A stretch of 63,543 nt of DNA, counting the filler, from Globobulimina sp. (taxonomy: Eukaryota): the NCBI GenBank assembly GCA_003354225.1. It is 26 parts of 26 records of this genome, joined end to end, with 100 filler letters (N's around TTAATTAATTAA, not from the genome) between each part and the next. Parts side by side here need not be neighbours in the genome. Positions count along the whole stretch, not along the records: positions 12,248 to 14,596 come from PIVH01007230.1; positions 14,697 to 17,045 come from PIVH01007231.1; positions 17,146 to 19,494 come from PIVH01007232.1; positions 19,595 to 21,942 come from PIVH01007233.1; positions 22,043 to 24,390 come from PIVH01007234.1; positions 24,491 to 26,838 come from PIVH01007235.1; 20 more parts are not named here. One strand, written 5' to 3'. Each line of letters opens with the position of its first letter. Positions within the stretch are counted from its first letter, which is position 1. This document shows positions 12,503-24,939 of this stretch, one piece after another. Position numbers and translations under genes: made by a program. A model generated the notes under the pieces. The model was not told the DNA's origin and made no database searches. It saw nothing but the letters and a program-made list of their open reading frames with translations.

Positions 12503-14596
12503 TTAAAATATCGCTTTTTTTGCTTCCTTTCCATCCTGTTTTTTAATCTCTGACGACATGTCCCATATTTGGTCCTCAGTCACATTATCCAATTTTTGAA
12601 ATTCCAATAACAATAATTTCTGTATCATAGGATCATTGGTTAAATTTCCATCATTTTTGATACTGGCATCATTTGCTACATACGGATGAGTTTGATATAA
12701 ACGAATATTGTTGACCCGATCAGTGATACGCACACATTTATTAAAGTTTACCATCGATCCATGTTGCTTAAAATTAGCAATTTCGATTTTGGTCGAATTA
12801 CCATCATCAATAAATACTAAATCCTGTAGAAATAATCCAATGTGCGGAACTATCAATAAATAAAATAACAACAGCTTGCAAACACAAACAACAAAAAACA
12901 AAAAACAAAAATAAAATAGCAAAACTTGAGGGCGCAGGTGAATTTCGAAACAATTGTCTTAAATTTCTATGATTATACTCGCGGGAAAATATGGTTTTAA
13001 AATTTTCAAACATCAACAAATATTTTTCAGGCACGCGTTTCCAGCAACTCTTCAACCTATGAATGGGCGCACTATTCAACGCAGAGTATATCGCACATAA
13101 ACTGTTATAATTCCTCAATTCCTTAAACCTTTCGCCCATATTTATCACATGCTGAAGGGTTTTGGATCGAGCCTTTAACGACCTTTCCCTTAAAATATGT
13201 ATCTGTACCAAAATAGTTAAGTTATTAAATTGCTGTATCAAGCCCAAAATATGTGGCGCCAATTTCTTATTATTTTTCTTTTTCCAACGTTGTCCAATGC
13301 ACTCTCTCGCTTCAATCGCACTAAATATCTCATAGTCCATCAAAGTAATCTGGTCTGCAAACACAGCGCATCTCTCATTGCTCAAATAAACCTCGGTCTG
13401 TGTCATTTTGATGCTGTTATCATTCATTACCGGCAATATGCACGACAATAAACCAAAGCGGGTGTCATCAAACGACAATTTTATTCGTTTCCTTTTGTCC
13501 TTTAACGTATTTTTGGCGCCAGATCCCTGCTGAAAGCGCTGGAACTCTTTCTTCAACAAATCATTGATTGGCTTCAGCCACGTTGACTGTGAATCAGTGT
13601 TGGATTTTTTATCCAATTCGTCCATCCATAGAGTCATTTCCCGCTGCATTTCAGCGCCACATTCGCTATATTTTACACTGAAGTCTTCGTCCCAATATAA
13701 CTTCATCCAATCCCGCAAAGCTTTGATCACCTTCAACTGAATCGATTTCTGCACAGTTAACCTAAAACTATTGATGGCCTCTTGGTCATTTGCTAGAGCT
13801 AACTCGCGCGGGATCTCTACAAAGAATCTGCGTCGTAATTGTTTTAACAAAGTCACGGAATCTGTAATGGTTTTATGCGTAATAAGTAGTGTTTCCATAG
13901 TATCATTATCGCGCATTGACTCATGCGTAGACCATAAAATAATTTGTTCCAAAGTTAATATATCCTCCTCTTTCTTGTCCGCATTATTAACTTTATTATC
14001 TACCAACTGCCCCGGTGATACATGCGCTTGTTTGTGAGCTGGTTTCTGTTTACCTTTACCAACTCCCAAGCGTTTCTCATAAGAGCTCAATACATTGATA
14101 GCGTTGCGAACAATTTGCTGCGTTGGCTTTTGTTCGCAGACTAATTTCATTCCCATAGCATCCGCTTCAAAGCCTAGCAACATTAAAAAATCCAACACCC
14201 CTTCAAAACCGATGAGTCTCTCCATAACTTTAGGGTTTGTAGTGTCCAATGTTCTGTATCGAATATCATCTTTTAACAGTTTTTTAGTGACACTGCGTAA
14301 TGTGGCAAACACGGCGGATGGATTGTCATTATAAGTAGCGATGTCTGACGCTGTTTTTTGAAACTCTGAGATGGACGTCGATGAACCATTGATATTGATA
14401 TTGGACATCATTTTATTCATTGGGTTCATCATAGGATTCATTGGATTCATCATGGGATAATTTTGCATATTGTTGGGATTCATCATCATCTGACTCATTG
14501 GGTTCATGCCATTCGCATTCATGGGCATAGAGTTCAACATCCTTGGCATCAGCGTCAAGGGATTGGGATTGTTGATGGTTGGCTGCAATGTGTGAC
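12503..14596 (-). CDS. RasGEF (REM + CDC25 domains) with an N-terminal Met/Asn/Pro-rich segment and a PUB-like domain; intron 12850..12925
   Basis: FADQITLMDYEIFSAI, LRNYNSLCAIYSALNSAPIHRLKSCW and spliced PSIPHIGLFLQDLVFIDDGN; upstream PUB-like DDIRYRTLDTTNPKVMERLIGFEGVLDFLMLLGF. Confidence 0.9.
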
Positions 14597-14696
14597 NNNN
14601 NNNNNNNNNNNNNNNNNNNNNNNNNNNNNNNNNNNNNNNNTTAATTAATTAANNNNNNNNNNNNNNNNNNNNNNNNNNNNNNNNNNNNNNNNNNNN

Positions 14697-16634
14697 TCGA
14701 ATGGGACGGCGATGTACATGATGCAAAATTAAATCTGCATTGGTTCGATGATGGTGATACTGTTGGCGATGCTGTTGGAGATATAAAATGGACTGAGTAC
14801 AAATCGTGGGATATCATACGGTTGACACAGAATTATTTGCGGCTGATTCTTGATTATATACACTGTTCGTTTGAGGGCGATGGCAGCAATGGGTTTGGTG
14901 TATTGATTCATTGCATTTCTGGCTGGGATCGTACTCCATTGTTCATCTCGTTGCTGAGGCTTAGTTTGTGGGCCGATGGCGTCATTCATAAACAGTTGGA
15001 CAGTGCGGAGATTTTATACCTTACACTGTCTTATGACTGGTTGCTATTTACACACCAATTTGGGAACAGGTTGGTGAAAGGCGAGGATATATTCCATTTT
15101 ACGTTTTATGTGTTGCGGTATATTTGCAGCGAGAAATATTGCATATTTTCAGGGCGGAATGGAAGGGATTTGTTGAGGAATAATGTACGCGATTGTAATA
15201 ACGGCAAAGTTATGAATAAAAAGCAGAAAATGATGCAGAAAGTGAAGAATAGGTTTATATCCAAATTAAAATCACGATCCAGTGGTAATTTATTGAGTAA
15301 ATATATGAATGCCAACCATTTTAAGCGTGGCGAGGATAAAAGCAATACGTTTTCGCCACCGGTACAAGTGACAAATAATATAAATGTGAATGCGAATATA
15401 TCACATTCGTGGGAATCGAAAGGCTGTGGGCCGTTGTCGAGTAATATACGACATTCGTACATACCGACGTTGTTAACACCGCCTTCCTTTACAAAAAAGA
15501 GGAACATTTTACCGGTTTCTTTGTCTGTGAACGACAACATTGCAGCAAGCAATCCATTGCAATTAGTAAATACCAACACGAATACAAATGGACACGGACA
15601 AAATTCACAAACAACGAGTTCAACAAATTCAAGGAATTTAAGGAATTATAGATTGCAAAGTTGGCAGTTTGTGGATCAGAAGAATGACTCTCCACTGTTT
15701 CAGTTTATATCTCCGCCGAAATCTGACCCGCAGACATACCAAAATGGTCACATCATACCACGTATGTTGAAACACTTGAAGTCTCGAACATTTTCACAAT
15801 TCCAACTAAAAAGTTTTTTTTTGCACAGCAGAATTACATTTAGAGCACACACTGGATGACGACAAGCCGGATGACGAAATGTCAAGTAACTCATCCGGCG
15901 AAATCAAAATCAACCATAAATACTCGTTATCCGCGCCATCCTCCACCAAAAAGAGCCATATCACAGATATGTTAAATTTTAGAGAGTTGCGATTAAACAC
16001 CACACACACACCATCGCCTGAAATGATTGCGCATCCCGAAAACAACATACTTGACATGCATATGCATGATGATTATGAGGAGGATGATATACACTGTGAC
16101 AGCTATGAGGTCGCCAAAGCAGTGGTTGCCGATATGATTGGAAGTGTAATTCACAATAATCATAAATTTAAGCGCATGGACAGTACCAAATCAATCCCTG
16201 TGACCATCTCAGACTTTTTAGGTTTGGATGGTATGGGTGTCAGAGACAGCGACTCTGAGTGCTTAAGCGACGATGTACCGCTATTAAAAAAGGTGGAGTC
16301 CTTTGAGATCAATGTCGATAAAGTCTTAGAACATATGGAGGATAAAGCAGTGGCAAATGACGGTCGTTTACTGGCGAAAAATCGAGGCGACCGTTTGTTG
16401 CAAGTTTATACATTATTTAATAAGATATATACGCAGGTTATGCTTATTAATGAGCCACCGAGTTTCTATCAACAATGTGTGAATGAGTGCAATGTGGATG
16501 ATACTGATTTTATATCGGCAGAGTTCAGTAACCCACAAAGCGAAGCATATAAGAATATTACTACTTATTTAAAGAGTATATTGCCAGTCTCTTTAATGTC
16601 GAATCTGAGCAATAATGATGAATATGATGACTGA
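14697..16634 (+). CDS. MTMR14: Myotubularin-related protein 14-like phosphoinositide phosphatase, 5'-partial; intron 15762..15843
   Basis: WDIIRLTQNYL, catalytic HCISGWDRTPLFISLLRLSLWADG, EILYLTLSYDWLLF and RLVKGEDIF. Confidence 0.9.
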
Positions 16635-17145
16635 TTTATGTTTTGTTGTGTTTTGTTACCTATACGATTTTATTTATTTTATTTTTCACTTCATTTTTTT
16701 CTCACTCCTATGTTTTTGCATTGTTTGCATTGTTTACCTTTTCAAGAAATCAGAGTCCTTAAAAGCGCTGTCATCGACACCTAATACAACAGCAAAACTA
16801 AATAGAATTGTCGGCTCCCTGCACAATAGATAAATATTTTCCGCATGCAGCGGTCTTACTGCTATGTATTCAATTTGTTGTATCATATGAGACACAAAAG
16901 CAATGAGCATAGGCAACGACTGTTGCAGGTAAATACGTTGCATATCAACGCACGCTTTCCGACCAAAGCTAAATACGATTCAGCAGTTTAAAAAAGGTGA
17001 ATGTGTACATGTTTATTTTCACCATATGTGGTGAAAAGCGCCCGGNNNNNNNNNNNNNNNNNNNNNNNNNNNNNNNNNNNNNNNNNNNNTTAATTAATTA
17101 ANNNNNNNNNNNNNNNNNNNNNNNNNNNNNNNNNNNNNNNNNNNN

Positions 17146-18006
17146 CTATCACTCGTAATCTTGCTTCATTTGAATTGATTCATTCATTTGCAACATCACT
17201 GATTAATAACTTTCCAGAACCCGTTGATTATTTATTTAACAATGCAGGTATAAAATGTCTGGAAATATAGATTTAAAAATGGAATTAAATTATATTTGTT
17301 CAGGTATTATGGCTTTGCCACAGTATATGGAAACTGTGGATGGTTATGAACGGCAGATTGGTGTCAATCATTTAGGACATTACTATTTGACACGTTTATT
17401 ACTTCCAAAATTACTACAAAAACGATTATATCAACGTACATTTGGTCAACTTGGCAGAGTAATAACTATCTCGTCCAGAGCTCATTTGTATGCACCAAAT
17501 CCGATAAACTCCGCAATAGAAATGATGGAAATTGCATTGCATAATCGAGATATTATGAGCGTAGGATATGGAGCATGGCAAAATTATGGTATTTCAAAAG
17601 CATTTAATGTTTTATTTGCAAGGGAGCTACAAAGGAGAGAGGGTTATAAAGGAATTAATATCTGTCTCATTGCACCCAGGTGTCATTAAAAGTGGATTGC
17701 TAAAATATTTAACTGAGGATTTTCTGAAAACGAAAAGTTTCAATAAAAATATAGAACAAGGGACATCTACGCAGTTATGGTGTGCATTAATGCCACAAAA
17801 AGATATTGTGCCAGGTGCATATTATGATGATTGTGTGTTGCATGATGATCGATTAAGAGAGGATTTAAAACCTATGGACGGATATTTAGAGTTGTTTAAT
17901 TCAAATGAGTTGTACGTTGGAAAATAAGTTATGGGACGTTTCAGAGCAGTTAATTAAGAAAAAAGGATTCTCGTTTCATATAACAATACCAAAACATGAT
18001 TTGTAA
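17146..18006 (+). pseudogene. Short-chain dehydrogenase (retinol dehydrogenase/WWOX-like), 5'-partial, with two apparent frameshifts (~17653, ~17912)
   Basis: DYLFNNAG|IMA (intron), GVNHLGHYYLTRLL and YGISK (YxxxK). SLHPGVI and the C-terminal KLWDVSEQL lie in shifted frames; these could be sequencing errors. Confidence 0.7.
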
Positions 18007-18193
18007 GTTTACCAAAATAATTATAAAATCATCTCATTTTCAAGTAACCTACAATCATGGCACAAGGTAATACTTTAATTACTGGTATTAAACTTGCACT
18101 GTTTACGCAATAAGATATAAATATATAGAAAAGAAATACTGTGAAAATGAGAATTATATTAATGATAACGACAATGGCAATGATTTAATCACT

Positions 18194-19494
18194 ATGAAAC
18201 CCCCACTGTCTCTAAAACGTTCTTCAACGAATTTTCCAGCATCAAAAGCGGCAAAGAAATGCAAAAAATCCAGACCAAAATTGAATCAATGGAAATCTGC
18301 AAAAGATTTAGATTTAAGTTATATTTCTTCCTATTCTGAAAATTCGTCTTCTGACAGAACTCATAAAATCGCATTTCTCGCAATCAATGATCCGAACCTC
18401 AATGTCGATAAAGAAGCGATAGATATACAAAACAACATTGATTCTAATTTTACACGTTCAGTATTAACCATATCCGATCTGGAAAAGGTATTAATTGACT
18501 CACCTCCAATTGTCCACATATCAACGCATGGTTATCATCACTATAAATCTGCGAAAAAACCGAATGAATTTCAAATCGCTTTGGAAGAACCGCAGACATT
18601 AAGGCATTTAATCGATGATCATGCCAAATATTCGGCATATTTTGCTGTGATCGCTATGCTATTTGAACAAGAAATTAATCATTTTGTCCAATACGGCTTT
18701 AATAACAGAAACAGTGCGAATAACAAAGTGAACAAACCCTTAAAAACTTGGATTTGGAGACACGAAAATAAGTTCGCATTGTTATGCAATCCTAAAATCT
18801 ACGCAATGTTCCAAACCATATTAGATCGCTACGGTTGCTCTTACAGAGAAAATGAGAGAGCTGGCTGTGTTGAGATATTTTGGGGTAAATATAAAACCAA
18901 AAAGAACTCAACAAACTTACAATTTATATCTCCGCCCTATGCTCCAATGAAGTTATATACATTTTCATGGTTATACAGAAACGACAAGTCGGTCAAACCC
19001 ATATTAAAACAACTTAATATGGACTATAATGCATCACTGCGCCGCAATCGACTCATTGCCGAATCGGTGAGGAAATGCCAGAAGTTTTCATGGGAAATAC
19101 TGTCGGTGTTATTGCAGAGAATATTGACTGAAGCTGGCGCAGAACTTGATTGTCAGGACGATACTCAATGGATTGAGCCAGAAACGCAGGATACAAAATG
19201 TATAAACCTTATACAGAGCACTGCTGATATGCATGGAGTGGATGCGGATGAATGTGCTGCGTTTCTCTGCGATGCTGGCGATGATTCTGTGCCACTCACT
19301 GCAACCACACAAAATAAATTCGCTGAAAATCAACGGTTAACACGTGAGATATTGATAGATGTTTGCAGCCAAAAAGAAAAAATAGACGCAAAAAAAGATA
19401 AAATTAAAATGGAAAAGTTGACGAAAAAGTTATCTCGTTTTAGACGGAAATTAATACATTTATTAAAAGGAAAAGTTGACATTCGGATTGGATG
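18194..19494 (+). CDS. Hypothetical protein with the start of a CHAT (caspase/HetF-like) domain, 3'-partial
   Basis: LNVDKEAIDI...TISDLEKVLIDSPPIVHISTHG resembles the CHAT catalytic-His segment. Confidence 0.5.
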
Positions 19495-20051
19495 NNNNNN
19501 NNNNNNNNNNNNNNNNNNNNNNNNNNNNNNNNNNNNNNTTAATTAATTAANNNNNNNNNNNNNNNNNNNNNNNNNNNNNNNNNNNNNNNNNNNNTTATTT
19601 TTTTTTTTTCTTGTTTTATTTCAATTTATGGTTCTCTTGTTTTTTTGTCTATATGTGTCTCGCAGAAAAGCCACAAAAGTTTTAGAAAAAAGTTATTTTC
19701 AATCCTTGAAATCTCGAGAGGGAAACGAGTGTTTTCTAAACACTTATATTGTATTAGCTGTTCCAATTACTTAGTACAGTCCCTAACGATGCTATGTTCA
19801 ATTTTAATTAGTAATTTATTAACATACAGCATATCAAAAAAAAAATATAAAAAACAGTGGCTAAACAGTAAATATACTGTTTGTCTATTTGTTTTTTCCG
19901 AGGAAAACAGGATATTGTTTTTTGATATGCAAAACATGGACCCAAAAATGTTTTGATATGCACCCTTTAGCCCAGATGAGCTCCTGCTTTATTTTAACAC
20001 ATTGCGTGACTCATTTAAATAAATATTCATTGCTTTACAATATTTATACTC

Positions 20052-21417
20052 TCAGCAAACAATTGCACTCAACCGCACTTTAACTGCACTTTCAGTTTCT
20101 TCCTCTATGTTCGTTGTGTCAATATCATTTTTATCATTTATGTTTTGCTCTTCATTTAAGTTTTGCTCTTCATTTATGTTTTTTTCTTCATTTAAATTTT
20201 GTGCTTCATCTTGTTTTGCTGCATCGTGATCAATGCTTTTTATTTCATCATTTTGTACCAATTTGAGACTTTCATTCTCGTCTTGTTTTACCAGAATCGG
20301 GTCATATTCATCTTCGGTAAACTCGACGACACTAAATTTTTTTTGTTGAGTATGTGAAGCAGTGGAACTTTCCCTCGATGCTTCAATCACCGTTGATTCT
20401 ATTCCAATTTTATTGAGTTGTGGATAATTAACAGCTTTTAATAAAGAGTGGCGAGCAGACTGTCCCGCCTGTACTAATAATGTGGACATACGACGTGCTC
20501 CAGAAACAATTTTCTTTTTTGCTTGAGATTGCATCATGATATGATTACAAGTCATAGCCATTGTAAATAAGAGAGTTGTCACAAAGCCTGCTTTTCTTGC
20601 ATTGTCTAAAGATAATATATTTAGTAAAAGTTCGTCAACGGTTACGAAAATATTTGCTAATATACAAATCGGAATAATAATTAAAAAAGGAATTGTATTT
20701 GTTTTATGGTGGATTGTTTCGATTTCCCTCAATCGCATAGAAGAATATATCACCAATACTAAGAATATGGTTTTATTCACGATACTAATAACATTTGCGA
20801 CATTTGATATTTCGCAGCGATAATTTGAGTCAATTCCATCTAAAAACTGATTGTGAAACGGCGATGGAACGATTGATGATGGTATCAATGTGCTTGATGC
20901 TGTAATAAATGTATACACTTTGAAAGTTGTAGAAAAAAGAAATCTTTTGTCTGCAAATTTCTTTTTTATATCTTTAACTATTTTTGGATTCAGTTGATTC
21001 TTACAAATATTTTGAGCTTCTGTTTCATCCCAAATTACCATTATAATCGAATAATAGGTCAATACCTCAATAACTCCATAGCACAGAAATCTGTTTAATG
21101 GTATTTAGTTTGTCGGATATTGTGGATGCGAGCAATGAATACCTGGATAGTCTGCACAGCAAAGGATTTGGTACTTCGTCTTCTTCATAAATTTGCTCAT
21201 TCCAAATGTACTGATCACGAAGAAATGTAAATATTACCAGTTGAGATATGAAGCAACTTATGACTAAAATTTTGCGTATTTGGGATTTCCACGGATTTGA
21301 TGCCATCTCATGTTGTATTTGATACAGTAAACAAACAGTAAATGGATAAAATGCTAAAAATACAGCAGTTAGTCCTGATTGGATTATATTCCAAATATTC
21401 ACCTGTAGAGCACTCAT
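20052..21417 (-). CDS. Multi-pass (GPCR-like) membrane protein; intron 21091..21142
   Basis: A 52-bp GT-AG intron joins ORFs 21067..21426 and 20052..21062 (LCRLSR|FLCYG); several hydrophobic helices; acidic tail with QNLNEE repeats. Confidence 0.6.
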
Positions 21418-21576
21418 TTGTGACACACTTCAAGTTACAACATTAATTAAAAAGAAGTTGACTAGCTTAAGTTAATGATGATTTTAATAGATAATTTGGG
21501 TTTGCAAAGTGGCAACGTCCATAAACACAATACACAAACACCATTTGGATGCAAGCTTGTCGATCGAGGAATATTG

Positions 21577-21942
21577 CTATTTGCTAGCTGATTCAAAATG
21601 CGTCTGTTGATATTGGGAATTTAATTTACAAAAACAAACAAAAAGTAAAAATGTGTTTTTTTTAATGAGCATGATATTGAATGGTCTAAAGTCTGTGATA
21701 TTGAATGGTTTATCCCTTAACATCGAAACAGTTAAATCAGGCAAAATATCGCCACAGTCAATGCCGTCCGATTCAAATCCTTTTCGAAAGATATTTGAAT
21801 ATTTTTTATATTTTCCATTTTCTAAGATTGAAATCCATTGAATCATCTTTTCAATATTCCACTCTTTATACTTTTTAATATTTGGAAGGGTCAATGATAA
21901 AATATATTGATTAATATCGGATAAATATTTGCAAAATGAGCG
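21577..21942 (-). CDS. SAM-domain protein, C-terminal fragment
   Basis: YKEWNIEKMIQWISILENGKYKKYSNIFRKGF...GDILPDLTVSMLRDKPFNITDF. Confidence 0.7.
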   Translation of the reverse strand, partial: RSFCKYLSDINQYILSLTLPNIKKYKEWNIEKMIQWISILENGKYKKYSNIFRKGFESDGIDCGDILPDLTVSMLRDKPFNITDFRPFNIMLIKKNTFLLFVCFCKLNSQYQQTHFESASK

Positions 21943-22144
21943 NNNNNNNNNNNNNNNNNNNNNNNNNNNNNNNNNNNNNNNNNNNNTTAATTAATTAANN
22001 NNNNNNNNNNNNNNNNNNNNNNNNNNNNNNNNNNNNNNNNNNAATCTGTAAAAAACTGTAAATTCAAAGAGTTTACAGTAAAAACAGTAATTTCAAACTG
22101 AAAAGCAAAAAGTTAAATGTTACCTTTAACATTTTATTATTAAC

Positions 22145-24390
22145 CTATTTTCCTTCCAAATTATCGACTAATTCACGTAGATTGTCCCGAATATAATAAT
22201 CATCGTCAAAAAAGCGATTGGTCACTTTCTTGAAATAGATAGTTTTTGATTCTTCATTTTTTTCTGCTTTGTATTTCTTAAAAAGGAATGCTAATTTTTC
22301 TGGTTCTATTGATAAGGCAGAATTTATTGAATTACCAATGAATTTTATTATTAATTTTTCTTGTTTTGATATGTAATTTGCATTGATTTTATTTAAATAT
22401 TTTAATCTGTGTTTATAAGTTAATTTAAATTTGTTTTTAATGATACGGAAGTCGTGATGAGCTAAACGGTGATCCAATTCGTTATCATTTAAAACCATCG
22501 AACGAAAAGATTCCGATGCATAAACTCCTTGGAAATGATCCAAAGAATTATTAGAGTTATTATCCAATAAAGTGTTCAATTTTCCTTTTTTGAAATGAAT
22601 TTGCGTTGTTATATCAAAATTAATTTCGTTTATACTGATAATTAAATCCAAATAAATCACATTAAATTTAACTTCACATTTTAATATGATATTTGATTCA
22701 ATATAATCCACATCATATCTCATTCCATAATCATTTTTCAAAACGTTTTTGATATATTTCATTTCATCGATAGTTAATATATCCATATTTAACTCAAAAA
22801 CTTCATACAAATCATCAATATATCGAACTTCAATTAAAACATTGATGGCTTCTATTTTGTATAAGCTTAGTTTGTCTGAAAATATTTTTCTTAACCAATT
22901 TTTTCTCGATTTATATTCAATAAATAAAAGGGCAATGTTTGCAATGTTTGGCGAAATTATCCAACCGGTTGCAATGACACTTTTTAATTTGACGATTTTA
23001 CCATGAAAATGAATAAAAGTATTCAGGAAAACAACGTTAATAATATCGACCACACCATTTTGAAAAACAGGATCTATTTCAATAAAATCCATTAACCAAC
23101 GAACCGCAATGATAATATCAGATAAACCTAAAGATTCATACATTTTTGATACATCACTCGCACGCTGGAAAATTGCATGATTAATGAACTTGTAATTCGT
23201 TTTAATGCGATTCAGATAATATTTGAGTTGAAAAGAGTTTTCAAGAATTATTTTATAGTTAGTTTGGTAGCGGAAAATAGCAAGATATCCTTTTAACTTT
23301 TTGTTTAATACAGATTGGTAAAAATTAGTTGGATGATTACCTAAACATAATACTGGTCGCCACGAAAACGGCTTTCCTTTATGGATTTTGTGTAATGCTC
23401 CGATTTTTGCTATCTTTGGATAAATTTTACTGTTCATAACATCAAATAATCCATTTACGAACGACCAATAACCAGTTTCTTGCTGTAATTGCCATAATTC
23501 ATTGTAGTTTTTCTTAAATTTCCAATGAAAATCATAGATATTTAATGTAAGACATCTTGAGACTTCCCATTCTTCGTTGGAAAGCGTAATAAAGTTCTCT
23601 CCGTCTAATAAATTATAGGAGCTCTCATATAATTGGCTTTTTGTCATAATTTCGAGGCCCATATTTTTATCCAGCTCAACGAAGACGAAATTCTGTGATT
23701 TGAATTGTTCGAATTGAAATTTGGTGATATTATTAAAATTAATATCGGATTTAATCGCTTTTTTATATTTCCAATAATATTTTTTAATGTTTTTATAGTA
23801 ATTTTTCATTTTAAAGTCATAAATTTTATAAGCATTTGAAATTGTGTTTGGATCTAATGACGATTTGTTACAATGCATTGTAGTTTGCCTTTTTATTGAT
23901 TTCGACGCATTTTTCAATTGTTTGATGTATAAATCAATGTCAATATTATCTAAAACACAATTTTTGCCAAATTTGGCTAATTTTGATGCAAATTTCGGCG
24001 TAGTAAATGACTGAAAATTAAATAGATATTTTTGCGAATAATGAATTATTGAATGATATTTAAACAAATTATTTTTGATTATGATAATTTCATCGATTAA
24101 TTTATTGTTGATATTACTGCTAAATATCAATCCATTTAACTGTCAACTTTTGATTTTTGCAAATTTGAAATGATCCAAAATATCGTGATCTTTCCAAATT
24201 GTTTGGATCTTATTTCTGTTAACAATTTGAGGGATATTTTCATTGTCAATGTCATCATCTTTATCCTCATCCATTTTATTTTCATTTTTCTCATTTAATT
24301 TTTTCTGAAGTGAAAATTCGAGTAATTTCTTGATTTTTGCACGTAATAATTTAATATGAATATTCTTTAAATTCACGTTTTTTCCATTAA
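22145..24390 (-). mobile_element. Penelope-like retroelement reverse transcriptase ORF (5'-partial; one in-frame TGA at 24143..24145)
   Basis: PLE RT motifs: FVELDKNMG, LHKIHK...WRPVL, ASDVSKMYESL, IATGWIISPNIANI, RYIDD and YLDLII. ORF 24143..24376 is in the same frame as ORF 22145..24130. Confidence 0.85.
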
Positions 24391-24589
24391 NNNNNNNNNN
24401 NNNNNNNNNNNNNNNNNNNNNNNNNNNNNNNNNNTTAATTAATTAANNNNNNNNNNNNNNNNNNNNNNNNNNNNNNNNNNNNNNNNNNNNAAGACCTGGG
24501 GAATCATAAGGTTTGATTTGAGCAGTTGTCGTTCTATTCAAAGCCTTGTTGATTTTTCAGAATTTTCTGGAGGAAAAGAGATTGCTGGA

Positions 24590-24699
24590 TTGCAGGTGAA
24601 AGAGAAAGCACCTCTTTACCGTTGTGCCGCAGTACAAAAGAAACATCAAACCGACTGAGTGAAAGTCGCTTAATCAAGGTCTCAATATGGCCAAATTCA
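24590..24699 (-). other. mutL: Short bacterial MutL fragment embedded in a eukaryotic contig (probable chimera)
   Basis: [31 protein letters not shown] matches the conserved gammaproteobacterial MutL segment EFxHIxxxIxRxALxRFDVxxxLxHNGK. Confidence 0.7.
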
Positions 24700-24939
24700 A
24701 GACTGAAACAATTTATTTTACGGATTTCAAGTTTCTGAATAATAGAATTAAAAATCCAGATAATCCATATGATTGCCATTATATTGATCAAGAATATTCA
24801 GATTTTATCACGTTCCTTTGTTTACCATTGAAAGAACGTGCCCGCATTGGATATCCCAATTACGCATCCAATTTCAAATTGAACTAATTGACTCCTTCCT
24901 ATTTATCTCAATATCCTATACTATCCCTTTCTGTTTACT

